Below, piece after piece: positions 22,799 to 35,123 of a stretch of 64,000 bases of DNA (position 1 is its first letter; every line of letters starts with the position of its first letter). Made by a program: the position numbers and the translations under genes. The stretch covers positions 310,001 through 374,000 of the forward strand of contig AP026150.1 in assembly GCA_030295235.1 (NCBI GenBank), written 5' to 3'. Source of the DNA: Fistulifera solaris (Eukaryota). The notes under the pieces are model-generated. The model ran no database searches, was not told where the DNA came from, and saw nothing but the letters and a program-made list of their open reading frames with translations.

Positions 22799-25700
22799 AT
22801 GAAATTCATCAACAGTGCGCTCATTGCGGCAGCTCTCTTTCTGTCCGTCGCCGATGCTCAGGTATGTTTAGGCTTAGTGCTTAATTGTGTTCCTTGCCCC
22901 GGTGATCTTTATTAGACTCATTCTTCAATCACTCTTCTAAGGTGACGGCACGATTTCTCCAAAAAGCAAAAACGACCAGCTATGGCGGTTGCAGCCCCGA
23001 AAGAACTCTCGGACAATCCTGTCAAGTTACCTACAATGCAAACGCCGACAAGTACATGGGTGTGAAGGGTATGGAATGCGATGCTGGCCTCGTCTGCTCT
23101 GAACTCAACGACAACGGAGTAGACGGAGTGGCGTTTACTGGTGTTTGCAACAAAGAAGATGACTACGGACTTGCAGACCCTGACGGCAGCAGCAAATGTG
23201 GCTCTCGTCGTGTCACCATCTGTCATCGCACGTGCTCGCCCACGAACCCATGGGTGCGTATCACGATTGATTCAAGCGCGTGGTACGGTCCCACCGGAAC
23301 AGGCGGAGGCCACCAACGTGAACATGATGTCTTGAAAGACTGCAAGAGAGACGATTACTCTCCCTGGGGTCCGAACACGAAAGATTATTTGATCAGAGAC
23401 CACGGAACTCGCTACGATGTCAAGGCCAGAAACCCCACGTGGAACACTGCTCAAGAGAAAGCTTACTGGTTTTATTGGGAACGCGCTTGCCCTTACGTCC
23501 GCTCCACAAAGTTGAATGGCAAGATGTGCTGTGACTGGGCCAAGGGCGAATGCTGCGGTGTTCATCCCAACGACAAGTGCCCCTTGGATCCCAACAAGAT
23601 GGAGCCAGGTCAATGCGGTTGCGGAGTTCCTGATACAGATACGGACAAAGATGGCGTTGCTGATTGCCTTGACAAGTGCCCTGGGCACAATGATAAATTG
23701 GACGCTGACAAAGACGGAATCCCTGATGGCTGCGACAAATGCGCTACCGGCGACGACAAGATCGACACTGATAAGGACGGCGTCCCTGACGCATGCGATC
23801 GTTGCCCTAATAACAAGTTTGTCTCCACGGAAGCTGGCCTCAAAGGATGCACCTGCACTGCAACTGAAACGCAATTGCAAACTGGATGCATTGAGACGAA
23901 AACAATCCAGTGTCCTCGTTGTGGCTGTGGTAAGGTCGATGTCGACACTGATGGTGATGGTACCTTGGACTGCTTTGACGTCTGCCCTAACGATCCCAAG
24001 AAGACCACTTGTGCTGGGAGATGCGGTTGCGGCAAGCCTGAGACCGACTCGGATGGTGACGGAACACCTGACTGCTTGGATGTCTGCCCCAACGACAAGA
24101 CTAAGACCTCATCCGCAGGACATTGTGGCTGCGGTGTCTCTGAAGTGGATACTGATGGCGATGGTACACCAGATTGCAAGGACGGATGCCCTCGTGATAA
24201 GTCTAAACTTACTCCCGGAGTGTGCGGATGCGGAGTCTCCGATAAAGACTCGGATACGGATGGCACCGCTGATTGCAAGGACGCCTGTCCCTCTGATAAC
24301 CTGAAGATTGCGCCTGGTATTTGCGGATGCGGTGTTTCAGACAGAGATTCCGATTTGGATGGAACTGTTGACTGCAAGGACGAATGCCCCCGAGATCCGC
24401 TCAAAATCAAAGCTGGAGTTTGCGGCTGCGGAGTCAGTGATGTCGATACTGACGGCGATGGAACTCCTGACTGCAAAGATGCATGTCAGTACGATCCTAC
24501 GAAGACTAAACCAGGCCTCTGTGGATGCGGCAAAACCGATTCGGATAACGATGGAACCTGCGATGCCAACGATCAATGCCCGACTGATCCCAACAAGAAT
24601 AAGATGGGATTGTGCGGTTGTGGCGTGGGTGAGACCGATTCCGATCTCGATGGAACACCCGACTGCATAGATGGATGCACCATCGATAGTACCAAGACCA
24701 GCCCAGGCGTTTGTGGCTGTGGTGTGCCTGACACGGACTCGGACAAGGATGGTACACCCGACTGTGACGACGACTGCCCAAGTGACGCCACGAAGATTGC
24801 CCCTGGAGTGTGCGGCTGTGGTGTACCTGATGTTGACACGGACAAGGATGGAACCCCTGACTGTGCTGACGAATGTCCCCAAGATGGGAAGAAGCTCGTA
24901 CCCGGAATTTGCGGCTGTGGAGTTTCTGAGATTGACTCCGATGGTGACGGTACGCCTGATTGCCAGGACACTTGTCCTAAAGATCCGGATAAGATCTGTC
25001 CTGGAAAATGCGGTTGCGGCATCCCTGATGTTGATACTGATGGTGATGGTACCCCCGATTGCTTGGACGCATGCAGCGCCGATCCTACCAAGACAGCGGC
25101 TGGTGTATGCGGCTGTGGAACTTCGGACATTGATTCGGATGCTGATGGTGTCGCCGATTGCAACGATAAGTGCCCGTACGATCAAGGAAAGACTACCCCA
25201 GGGCAATGTGGATGTGGTAGCGCAGAAACCGATTCCGACAACGATGGCATTGCTGACTGCAAAGACAATTGCCCGAAGGACCCTAAGAAGACTGAACCCG
25301 GCATGTGCGGATGTGGAGTGGTGGATGCAGATGCAGACGCTGATGGTTCATGCGACCACAAAGACAAATGCCCCTCGGACCCAAAGAAAACCGACATGGG
25401 CCTCTGTGGCTGTGGTATAGCTGATACTGACTCGGATGGCGACAAAGTGCCCGACTGCCTCGACGGCTGCCCGTCTGACCCTAAGAAGACAGCTGCTGGC
25501 GCGTGTGGCTGTGGAAAAGCGGATACGGATAGCGATGGCGACGGTGTTCCTGATTGCAATGATGGATGCTCGGAAGATTCGGACAAGACGGAGCCAGGAA
25601 CGTGCGGTTGCGGTTCGCCTGATGTGGATACGGACAAAGACGGTGTCCTTGACTGCAATGACGGCTGCTCGGCTGACCCCGATAAGACTGAGCCAGGAAC

Positions 25701-27441
25701 GTGTGGCTGTGGCGTTCCGGAGACTGATTCTGACAGCGATGGTGTTCCGGACTGCAAGGACTTGTGCCCCAATGACGTCTTCAAGACCGAGCCTGGATCA
25801 TGCGGGTGTGGCAAAGAAGATACGGATACCGATCGCGATGGCACGCCCGACTGCAACGATCTTTGCCCCACGGACCCCACCATGACGACCGACGTTGATA
25901 CCGATGGAGATGGTGTTTACGACTGCGAAGACGAGTGCTCGGAAGACCCTGCCAAGACAGAACCTGGTGTTTGTGGTTGCGGAATTCCTGATACGGACTC
26001 TGACTTAGATGGCGAGATGGACTGCAAGGAGGTTCGCGAGGTCCTCAATTTTACAAGCTCCAACCTCATCTCAACTACCGAAACGTACAAGGAATGCTAC
26101 AAGATGTACAACGCCGGAAAGAACGACACCAAGTTCTCAGGATTCCTTCAAGCTGCCACCGCTTACTGCCTTGCTGACTGCAAGGCGGGTGCCATGTGTA
26201 TCAAGGTCCAGGCTGCCTCTGGAATCCAGCTTGGCAACACCGAGGCTTGGTTCAAGGATTACTCTGACTGCAACAGCGCTATCCAGCCTCTCCCCCCCGG
26301 AATTACTCTCACGCACGACAAGAGCGGCAAGGTGATTGCATGGGAGGGATGCTTCAAGATTCCGGAAGGAGCTACAGGTGAAGAAATCGAGATTCATGCC
26401 AACTGGGGCTTCACGGGAAGCACGGTAATTGGAAACACTGCTTCTACAGGCAAACCGAATGGAGTCGTGATGGACTACCCTGAATGTCTCATTCCTGGAG
26501 GCAACCTCGTGGGGACTCCAGAATCGACGCCTGTTGCTGCTCCTGTTGACACTCGTGTCACGCCGCCCATCGATACTCCCGTTGAGGCGCCCGTTGAACT
26601 CGAATCGTCTCCTGTTGCCGCGCCCACTGGCTCTACTGTTGACAACGACCCCACCGTTGGCCTTCCCACCGCGAACCAAGTTGGCGATGGTGAGTCCGGA
26701 GGTGGATTTGGTGATCCTCACTTGAAGACTTGGATGGGAGAGGTGTACGACTTCCACGGAGCTTGCGACCTAGTTCTTGTTTCGAGCCAAACTTTCAACA
26801 ACGGAGCTGGTCTCGACCTGCACATCCGTACCAAGATCCGTGACGACTGGTCTTTCATTTCTGACGCCGCTGTTCGTATCGGTGAGGATGTTTTGGAAGT
26901 AGGAACTCGAGCCTACTACTATTTGAATGGAGTTGCCGGTGCCGAGATGCCCGCCACGGTTGGTGGATTCCCCGTCTCGTTGACTCACTTCGGAACCAAA
27001 CGTCACAAGTTCGAGATCGACCTCGGTCACATGGGAGTCATTGTCATTAAGGTCTTCAACGAGTTCCTCGCTGTCGAAGTCAACAACGCCCATAGCGACG
27101 GCTTCGGTGACAGTGTCGGTCTCATGGGTACTTTCACGGACGGCAGCCTCATCGGACGCAATGGTTTGGTTCATGCCGATCACAATGAATTTGGTTTGAG
27201 CTGGCAGGTTCACGATGCCGATGGCCTTTTGTTCCAGAAGGCCGAAGGACCTCAGTATCCTCAGCTTTGTCAAATGCCTGCTCCTATGGCATTGAAGAGT
27301 CGTCGCATGTCGGAATCACTTGTTAGTTTTGAAGATGCCGCTGTTGCTTGCGCTGACTGGACCGATGAAACTCGCGAATCTTGCATTTACGATGTCATGT
27401 CGACTGGTGATTTAGACATGGCTCAGGCTGGTGCCTTCTAA
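22799..27441 (+). CDS. Secreted TSP3-like/CGCG-repeat GDPH/VWD-like protein, copy 3 (intron 22862-22941)
   Basis: Signal peptide MKFINSALIAAALFLSVADA; intron joins in frame to the intact 1499-aa ORF with the same architecture. Confidence 0.9.
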
Positions 27442-27937
27442 GCACCCAAGCGAGCTCAAAGAGTTTTGGGCTTTTTTTTAGTTCTACGATGTAAAAGATA
27501 AAATTACATCTTTTTGCCCAATTTTTCGTCTAGTTTGTTTCTGTTATCACTTGTTCACGTGGTAAAGAAGTTCACCATTCATCCCAAGAAGAGAATATAG
27601 TGAAACAATGATTAGACTTCAATGAGACTTGGGCATTATTATTTATGCGTCAGTTTTTGTGAGAGGCGTCATGGTCAGTTTTTTTTTGCGAGGCTGCTAC
27701 GTGCGATCCGATCAAATTCACTGCAGTAAGGCTTAAGGTTGAACCTGGTAACTGGTAACCTTATACGGAGTACAAAAGAAACAATCGTCGCTGGGAAAGT
27801 CGTTGGGCTCGAGGCTCTATAGCTTATAATGCACCCATCGCCTTAATTATTTTCCTTCTTCGCACAATGAAGAAATAATGATGCTGCTCTTGTGAATTAA
27901 AAATCAACAATAATCAATCTTGTGTCTACAACACACC

Positions 27938-28945
27938 ATGTCCACAGGGAAGCAGAATGACGAACAGCATCAACAGGAAGGTGCACTCATTGATGCCACC
28001 GAATTAGAGCGTCTTCTAGAACGCTCTTTACCCGTCGATGAAATTGTGCATTGCATCGCGTACGGTTCGGGTGTCTTTGCGCAACAAAGTAATATGGCTA
28101 CTCCGAATGTCGTTGATTTAATTGTCGTCGTGCGTGATACCTACCAGTTTCATCGCAGCAATTTGCAACAAAATCCGGCTCATTATGCCGGTTCACCCTT
28201 GATGTTGTGTCGTGATCCGGCTCGTTGCATCACTTCCTTTCAACGGCACAACCTGGAATTCAATCACTGGCTCCGGAACCCAAAATTTTACTTTAATTTG
28301 TGCGAAAACAACTTGAAGTATGGCGTCGTTCAGAAAGAAGACTTTTTGGAGGACTTGCAGAAATGGAAGTATCTTTACGGAGCCGGGCGTTGTCATAAGC
28401 CGGTATTGACCTTTGTTAAGCACGATGACGAGATCGAGGAGGCGCAAGAAAAAAAGAATTTGCCGGGAGCAGTATCAGCAGCTTTATTATTGTCAGAATC
28501 GGATACACTGTCGCCTGTGGAACTATTTACACGAATCGCTGGATTATCGTACGCTGGAGATCCTCGGATGCAAGTTATGGCGGAAGATCCAAAAAAAGTG
28601 GAAAGCTTAGTGAAAAGCCCAGGACAACTTCAGCGTTTCTCACAACTGTATGAAGAAAGTATACATGAACTTGAAAAACAAGGGATTGTCAATCGTTTGA
28701 GTAACACGGATGAAATAAAACATCAACGGATCGAGTGGGATGCTCGGAATCCACGAGTTCGGGAAATTTTGCGGAAGAATATTCCATTCCCGGTGACACA
28801 AACGAGCAATCTGCAGGAACGACTTAGATCGACCGTGGCTGCCGCAGCAAGGTATCAATCAATGAAAGGCTTGATAACAGCAGGCTTGGGCAAAAGCTTG
28901 GCGTATGCTACCCGTAAGTTGTCGAAAGGCTTGTTGAGACGCTAA
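27938..28945 (+). CDS. TAM41: Mitochondrial phosphatidate cytidylyltransferase (Tam41/Mmp37)
   Basis: AYGSGVFAQ, VDLIVVV, LKYGVV..DL..W..LYGAGRCHKPV, IAGLSYAGDPRM..AEDPKKV, KGLITAG..KS..YA..KL.K motifs. Confidence 0.92.
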   Translation: MSTGKQNDEQHQQEGALIDATELERLLERSLPVDEIVHCIAYGSGVFAQQSNMATPNVVDLIVVVRDTYQFHRSNLQQNPAHYAGSPLMLCRDPARCITSFQRHNLEFNHWLRNPKFYFNLCENNLKYGVVQKEDFLEDLQKWKYLYGAGRCHKPVLTFVKHDDEIEEAQEKKNLPGAVSAALLLSESDTLSPVELFTRIAGLSYAGDPRMQVMAEDPKKVESLVKSPGQLQRFSQLYEESIHELEKQGIVNRLSNTDEIKHQRIEWDARNPRVREILRKNIPFPVTQTSNLQERLRSTVAAAARYQSMKGLITAGLGKSLAYATRKLSKGLLRR

Positions 28946-29544
28946 TGAAACGTAGAAGGTGCTAATAGAGACTTCATAAACAGATTCATCATAACTAAGC
29001 TATCTAAGTGATATTAGCGATACGTCCCGCGAATAATATCCGCCAAAATATGCGTGATGAGGTGAAAGTGATGAGTGATGATGCACTTTGAACTATAGTT
29101 CTAAAGTGTAGGCGGGCTTTTGTCATGACTAAATTTCATTCACGAAACAGAACGATGAAAATGAAAGTACAAATAAAACATCTAATGCTTCCCGGGGCAA
29201 AGAACCGTCTGAATATCGATACCATGATGTAAATATTACTTTAATCAAGCATCCACCCCTCCATCATCTTCCAAAGTCTCAGAATGTGCACTTCGAAAAC
29301 TATTAAATCAGAAAATGTGGAGTATTTGTGGATCCATCGTCTCTCTAGGAGTGTGATTGGAGTCTGTACCTCTATGGTTTACAGGACGAAAAAAATACCT
29401 ATTTTGTGCTAATTTTGCTTTAGTAAATAGATTTGCAATGCATTGCTTTACAATATTGCCAGCCCGCTCAGAATTATGGGTATGGATGAACCTAGACTGA
29501 CGGCAAAACACGAGCATCAATGTTCTCCGGTTGTTTTCTTAAAT

Positions 29545-30453
29545 CTAACCATTATACACAAGCTCATCCAGTTGTTGCCAGAATACAGCTCGTTCTGGAC
29601 TATCCCGCGCTAAAGCTGATAAGTCGGTTATGTCCTTCAATGGTCCCCGTCGAAACTTGATTCGTTTTTTGACGGCATCCGGAAAAAGCGGTGTAAAGAG
29701 TTTCACGAGTGCCGCTAATAGCGTTGGTAAATTGAGCAACAACGTGGGGCCGACGGTACTATCCGGATAAACTTCTGTCGCTTGCTTACTACTTTGACTC
29801 AGCGCTTGTCGGAATTCCGAAGAACCACCGACTAACTGAACACCACTCAAGTCGTTGGCCGCCAAGACGCACAACAACTGATCGGTCGCCAAGGATCGAT
29901 CGTTCGCGACTAGATTATTGACTTCTTTTGCGTACAAAAAGAAATCCGACATTTGATCGACCGTCACTTGTCCCATGAGTTTCGTGTCGTCAATTTTCCC
30001 GGCACGAATGCAATAGACCAAGTCTCCTTGAGAAGAAGTGGTGGTGATGGTAGCCGCCGAGAGAAAGGGGATAATGTGTGAAGAATATGGTGCTGCCGCG
30101 ATGACAGGGGCATTATCCCATTTGCCGTTCGCCGTGGCTTGTGTGACGGCTGATACGGCGGCTTCGCAGATGGATTTTCCCGGACCCGTTCGCCATGAAA
30201 GTGTGTTACGAAATTGGTCTTCCAGCAAGCCCTCCTCGGACAAGCAATATCTCAGAAAGAAGACCGGATTCGAATAGGGAGCTTGATCGAGAGAAATACC
30301 CATGGATTCTGTGATCTTTTGCAGTTGCGCGATTTCGTCACGATGTGATTGAATGAGTTGTGTCACTGATACTTCTTTGTTTGCCAGCGCCATGGCTTTC
30401 ACCACCGCGGGGAGGCCGAGGAGGCTCAATATCATCCAACACCGCTTCGTCAT
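29545..30453 (-). CDS. CRAL-TRIO/Sec14-like lipid-binding protein with N-terminal signal
   Basis: FFLRYCLS..TLSWR, NDLSGV, YP....LLLNLP.LL..L.KLFTPLFPDAVKKRI pattern typical of CRAL-TRIO; hydrophobic N-terminus. Confidence 0.65.
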   Translation of the reverse strand: MTKRCWMILSLLGLPAVVKAMALANKEVSVTQLIQSHRDEIAQLQKITESMGISLDQAPYSNPVFFLRYCLSEEGLLEDQFRNTLSWRTGPGKSICEAAVSAVTQATANGKWDNAPVIAAAPYSSHIIPFLSAATITTTSSQGDLVYCIRAGKIDDTKLMGQVTVDQMSDFFLYAKEVNNLVANDRSLATDQLLCVLAANDLSGVQLVGGSSEFRQALSQSSKQATEVYPDSTVGPTLLLNLPTLLAALVKLFTPLFPDAVKKRIKFRRGPLKDITDLSALARDSPERAVFWQQLDELVYNG

Positions 30454-30794
30454 TCTGCAATTGTGCTTCTTTTTAAAACTTGATCTATGAATGAACGGAT
30501 GAACACGTTTCTGATGGAATACTATGATAGGAAGAATGAATCTCGCTCTATTTTCACTGACTCGAGTTGGTTGGTGCAAATCATCGTCACTTTTTTCTTG
30601 TCAAGATGATGGCTTTCTGACGTCATCGTGTGAAGATCGGCATCTCGTACGACGTACACACATCAAAGTCGAATGAAGTCTTGTGATTTTTCCGATCTCC
30701 CATCCACCTCTCTCTAGAGAGCCCAGGGTCTCAGCAAGTTTTAACGCTGTAATACATTTTATGAGATTTAAAATAAAAAAGAAATTGTTCCTTG

Positions 30795-30930
30795 ATCGTC
30801 GTATCCAAGCGTCATGACGTATAGCATGAGAGAAAGTCCGAGCAAACCCAGACCCACCGACCCACCACGGTAAAGGTAAAGCCCATTACCCATGACGGCT
30901 CCGCCCGTGCGTGAATCATCGTGAATGCGA
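30795..30930 (-). pseudogene. Inverted, decayed fragment of the membrane pyrophosphatase coding sequence (homologous to 33090-33190)
   Basis: Reverse complement aligns to [33 protein letters not shown] with 5 substitutions and 5 short duplication-type insertions. Confidence 0.9.
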
Positions 30931-31097
30931 TGAATCAAGACTGGATTTTCAGTCATGAGCGAAACCGCTGGGGCAATATGCATTTTTCGCAGTTTCGTCG
31001 CCATTCTCTCGCATCAGTAATCACCAAGCGGTCGTTGTTAACACAAAACGCATCATTCTTTTGTGACTGGATAACTATAAAAGCTAAGCGGTAAAGG

Positions 31098-31430
31098 ATG
31101 AGCGACAATCAGGACCCAAGCGAGAAGCTTTCCAAGTGGTAAGCAGCTCGATCCCTAACTCGTCCGCTGCTGGCATTGTCACACGCCTCACTGTCAATTC
31201 ATTTCAGTTTGTTTTCGCAATACTCCTGGACTGTTGCAGGTGTCATGAGCGCTACCGGCTATTCACTTTACAAGCGTCCGAAGAATGGGATCGCCGTCAT
31301 GTTGGTGGCCGGCGGTGTCGGTACAATGGCCGATCTCGCGTACGGATGGTCGACCAAATGTCGCCCGTATGTGCTGGAGTGGCAAAAACATCAACAGGCG
31401 ATGCAACGAAACGAGAAATCAAACGACTAG
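31098..31430 (+). CDS. Small (~87 aa) two-TM hypothetical protein (intron 31139-31207)
   Basis: MSDNQDPSEKLSKC-LFSQYSWTVAGV...MLVAGGVGTMADLAYG..C; GT-AG intron joins in frame. Confidence 0.65.
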
Positions 31431-32550
31431 TAGTAAAGTGAAAGAAAACTACCAGAATGAAACCGATGATTCGATCTCCAACTTGCTGAATAAATCGCTG
31501 ATTTGTTTCGATGAACAACAGCAAACGTGGCAGGGAATCGAACGGCTAAAAGAGGCATGAAAACTTTTGCGTTTCAATTATGGTTTGGATACATAGCAAA
31601 ATTGTTCGATGAATTCGCGCAGGAATCAAAGTGCTCGATACCTTTGCCCGAATTTCCTTTACCGCACTGTTGACTCTAGGGATCTTGTACTTCTGATGAT
31701 GCCTGTGTCACGAATCGACATGATAATTCGCTAATTATAGGAATATTTAGACAATGCTCATGGTGATTCATTCGAGGACGGGCCGAAGCAGGCTGTTGGA
31801 TAGGTTTATTTTTTTGCAATACAGCACAGTCGTCCGACTGCATCTTTCTTTTTCCAAAATAATGACGACGTGTTTTTGTTTAGTATATTTTTACCGGTTC
31901 GAAAAAGAGTGCATACCTCAATAGGAAAACATGCATGGAAGTCTTATTCTGGGTAATAAACATGCACACAGATCCCAGATAACCGGCATGTTGCAAAGGC
32001 TTACCAGGTATAAATAATTTTAAACCTAGCATGTCACGTGTCCATTTGTCCGAACACAGATCATGTCCTGCTCTTTACAGAGAGCTTCCATATGATGGCC
32101 TTTTTACAGATAAAACCACGAAAACGAGGACGGAACGAAAGTGCAACGCTTGTTCAGTACCGTGTGTCAACCTTCACGATACACAAATAAATGAGTAGTT
32201 TCCGTTGGCGTAGAACGTGTCGAAGTGTCAGCAATCCGGTTAAATCTTTATTCGGTCATGCCGGCGTACCGAAAGTACATCTTACAGGATAGTAATGTGG
32301 TCGGGTATCTTTTTGGTGGAACGCGAATCACACAATTTGATTGGCGAACCGAACTGTCATCCGAGGTGCGTGGAAGTGGTGATGAATGATTTTGCATTCC
32401 GGATCCATCTTGCTTGACACCACTTGAACCAAGCACGCATAAAAATGGATACGAACCCCTTGGACATCCAATCGAGTTCAACGTTGATCCAGCGCTCTTC
32501 TTCTTTCTTCACACCGATATTAACAAGTCTATCGAAAGCTTTTGACCATC

Positions 32551-35123
32551 ATGGGCGTCGATGATACTGTTCCGAGGCTCACGGGATGCTCGGCTTACGA
32601 AGGCTTCCCGTGCAATGCCGACGCAATCACTGCGGCATCATTAGGTCTAGCGGCCGGTGGTGCTTCACTGCTGTTTGTCTATTTTTTGAACGTCAATGTA
32701 AGTAACATCTGCTTGGTGCTTTCAAGAAGATATACCTCGAACGAGTTCTCACGCATGCTTTCATTGACAGCTTCAAAATCAACCTCGCGGCAATGACTTG
32801 ATGAACTCCATCAGCGACAAGATCAAGTCCGGGTCGCAAGCCTTCCTCGAAACCGAGTACAAGTATTTGTCCATGTACCTCGTGACGTTCTTTGCTTTGC
32901 TCACGGTCCTCTATTCCTTAGATCCGCCTTCGGGAGATCGCACTGACGGTATCCGTTACGGCGTCTGCTTTTTGGTCGGCGGTCTCTTGTCGGCGGCGTC
33001 GGGATGGGGCGGCATGTCGGTCGCGACCGACGCCAACGTAAGAACGACACAAGCCGCTTCAGCGGAAGGTCTGGGCAAGGCGCTCCGTGTCGCATTCACG
33101 GGCGGAGCCGTCATGGGCTTTACCGTGGTGGGTCTAGGTTTGCTCGGACTTTCTCTTATGCTCTACGTCATGACGCTGGGATACGACGACGCGCCGGATC
33201 TCAGCAACCGGTTGTATTATGCTTCCTCCAGTCTCGCTGGATTCGGATTCGGAGCATCTTCCATCGCTCTCTTTGCCCGTGTAGCGGGAGGAATCTACAC
33301 CAAGGCAGCGGACGTCGGTGCCGATTTGGTCGGAAAGATCGAGATGGACATTCCCGAAGACGACCCACGCAACCCTGCCGTCATTGCGGATAATGTCGGT
33401 GACAATGTGGGTGATGTGGCGGGTATGGGAGCCGATCTATTCGAGTCCTACGTCGGTAGTATCATTGCTGCTATCGCACTCGGAGAAGGCGACATTTTGC
33501 TCACCTTGCTACCCATCTGGGTGTCGGCTTGTGGTATTGTGGCCTCGGTGGCTGGATATTTCGCTGTGCATGCCAACGACGATGCCGACCAGAAAGACTT
33601 GATGAGGGCCTTGCACAAGGGCACCGTTGTTTCGTCGCTCCTCGTTCTGGGATTCTGTGCTGCCTTGACCTACATTCTATTCGGTATGGATATCGATCGC
33701 AGTAAAGAGGGATGGGAAATCTACGGATGTATTGTCATTGGCCTAGTTGCTGGTGTATTGATCGGTCAGGTTACCGAATATTTTACAAGCTACTCCTTTT
33801 GGCCCGTCAGGTAAGCGAATACTGTCAAAGGTTATTCTCCGTGTAAACACGATGGGCGCGTATCTCATATCGGTTATCTACTTCCCTTTTTCTAGATCTA
33901 TTACCGAGGCCGGAGTTACTGGACCTGCTACTGTCATTATTCAAGGTTTGGGAGTCGGTATGATCTCCACTGTTTTCCCGGTGTTGATTTTGGTGGGTAC
34001 GATTTTGGGTTGCGATGCTTTGGCAGGTCAGTACGGAATTGCCATGTCCGCGGTAGGAATGTTGTCCACTTTGGGCGTAACGTTGGCTATGGATGCTTAC
34101 GGTCCAGTTGCCGACAACGCCGGTGGTATTGCAGAAATGGCCGAACTCGACGAACGTGTTCGCAGCACCACGGATGCTCTTGATGCTTTAGGAAACACAA
34201 CGGCTGCTACTGGTAAAGGGTTTGCTATTGGTAGTGCTGTTCTTACCGCACTTTCGCTTTTGTCTGCCTTTACGAGCAAAGCTGGCGTCCGCGATGTCAA
34301 CATTGGTGATCCAGTCATTCTCGCCGGCGTTTTGATTGGTGCCATGTTGCCCTTCTTGTTTGCTGCTTTGACCATGCTTTCTGTTCAAAAGGTAGGTTGA
34401 CCTGTGCTGAATTCAACCATTTGCTTCCGTTACAAATATTCTGACGGAGTTTTTCCCACAGGCTGCCGGGGCCATTATCATTGAAGTCCGTCGTCAGTTC
34501 GCCGAAATCCCCGGATTACGTGGAAGGAACTGCCGAAGCCGATTCGGACCGTTGCGTAGCGATTTCGACGCAATCTTCTGTAGAGGAAATGGTCTTACCC
34601 GGCCTGTACGCCGTGTTGTCTCCCCATCACTGTAGGTTTCTTGGTCGGGCCGCGTTGCCTCACCGGTCTTCTCGGTGGATCCATCGCATCCGGAATGATG
34701 CTCGCGCTCATGATGGCCAACGCCGGTGGAGCCTGGGACAACTCCAAGAAGTACATTGAAATCGAAGGCGCTTGTGGAGGCAAGGGTACCGAAACTCACA
34801 AAGCCTGTGTAGTCGGTGATACTGTCGGTGACCCATTCAAAGACACGTCAGGACCGGCCTTGAATATTTTGATCAAACTCATGTCCATCATCGCCCTTAC
34901 GATTGCTCCGTTGTTGGAAGGCAACGACGATTGGGATGTATGGTATTATGGATTGATTCCGCTTGGAGTCATGTTCCTCGGTACTGTTTTGGTCTACCAC
35001 TTCTTCTGGAGCGAGGTCGCTGACATTGCCGCCGACATGGGCGGTAAGAAAGAAGTTGAGGAGAAGGTGGTCCAGGACGACGAAGTCGCAGCTACTGATG
35101 CGGAAATTGAAAAGGTTGCCTAG
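32551..35123 (+). CDS. Membrane-integral K+-dependent cation-translocating pyrophosphatase (HppA/V-PPase family); introns 32698-32770, 33811-33895, 34392-34461; apparent +1 errors at ~34522 and ~34623
   Basis: [110 protein letters not shown]. Confidence 0.95.

Noticed and set aside
11313..27273. Numerous long antisense and alternate-frame ORFs over the repeat genes
   Set aside because: They are shadows of the repetitive Asp/Gly/Cys codon pattern and show no independent protein features.
30768..31004. 78-aa ORF as a real small membrane protein
   Set aside because: Its hydrophobic part is the decayed PPase fragment, with frame-scrambling insertions in the middle; an open frame is plausible by chance.
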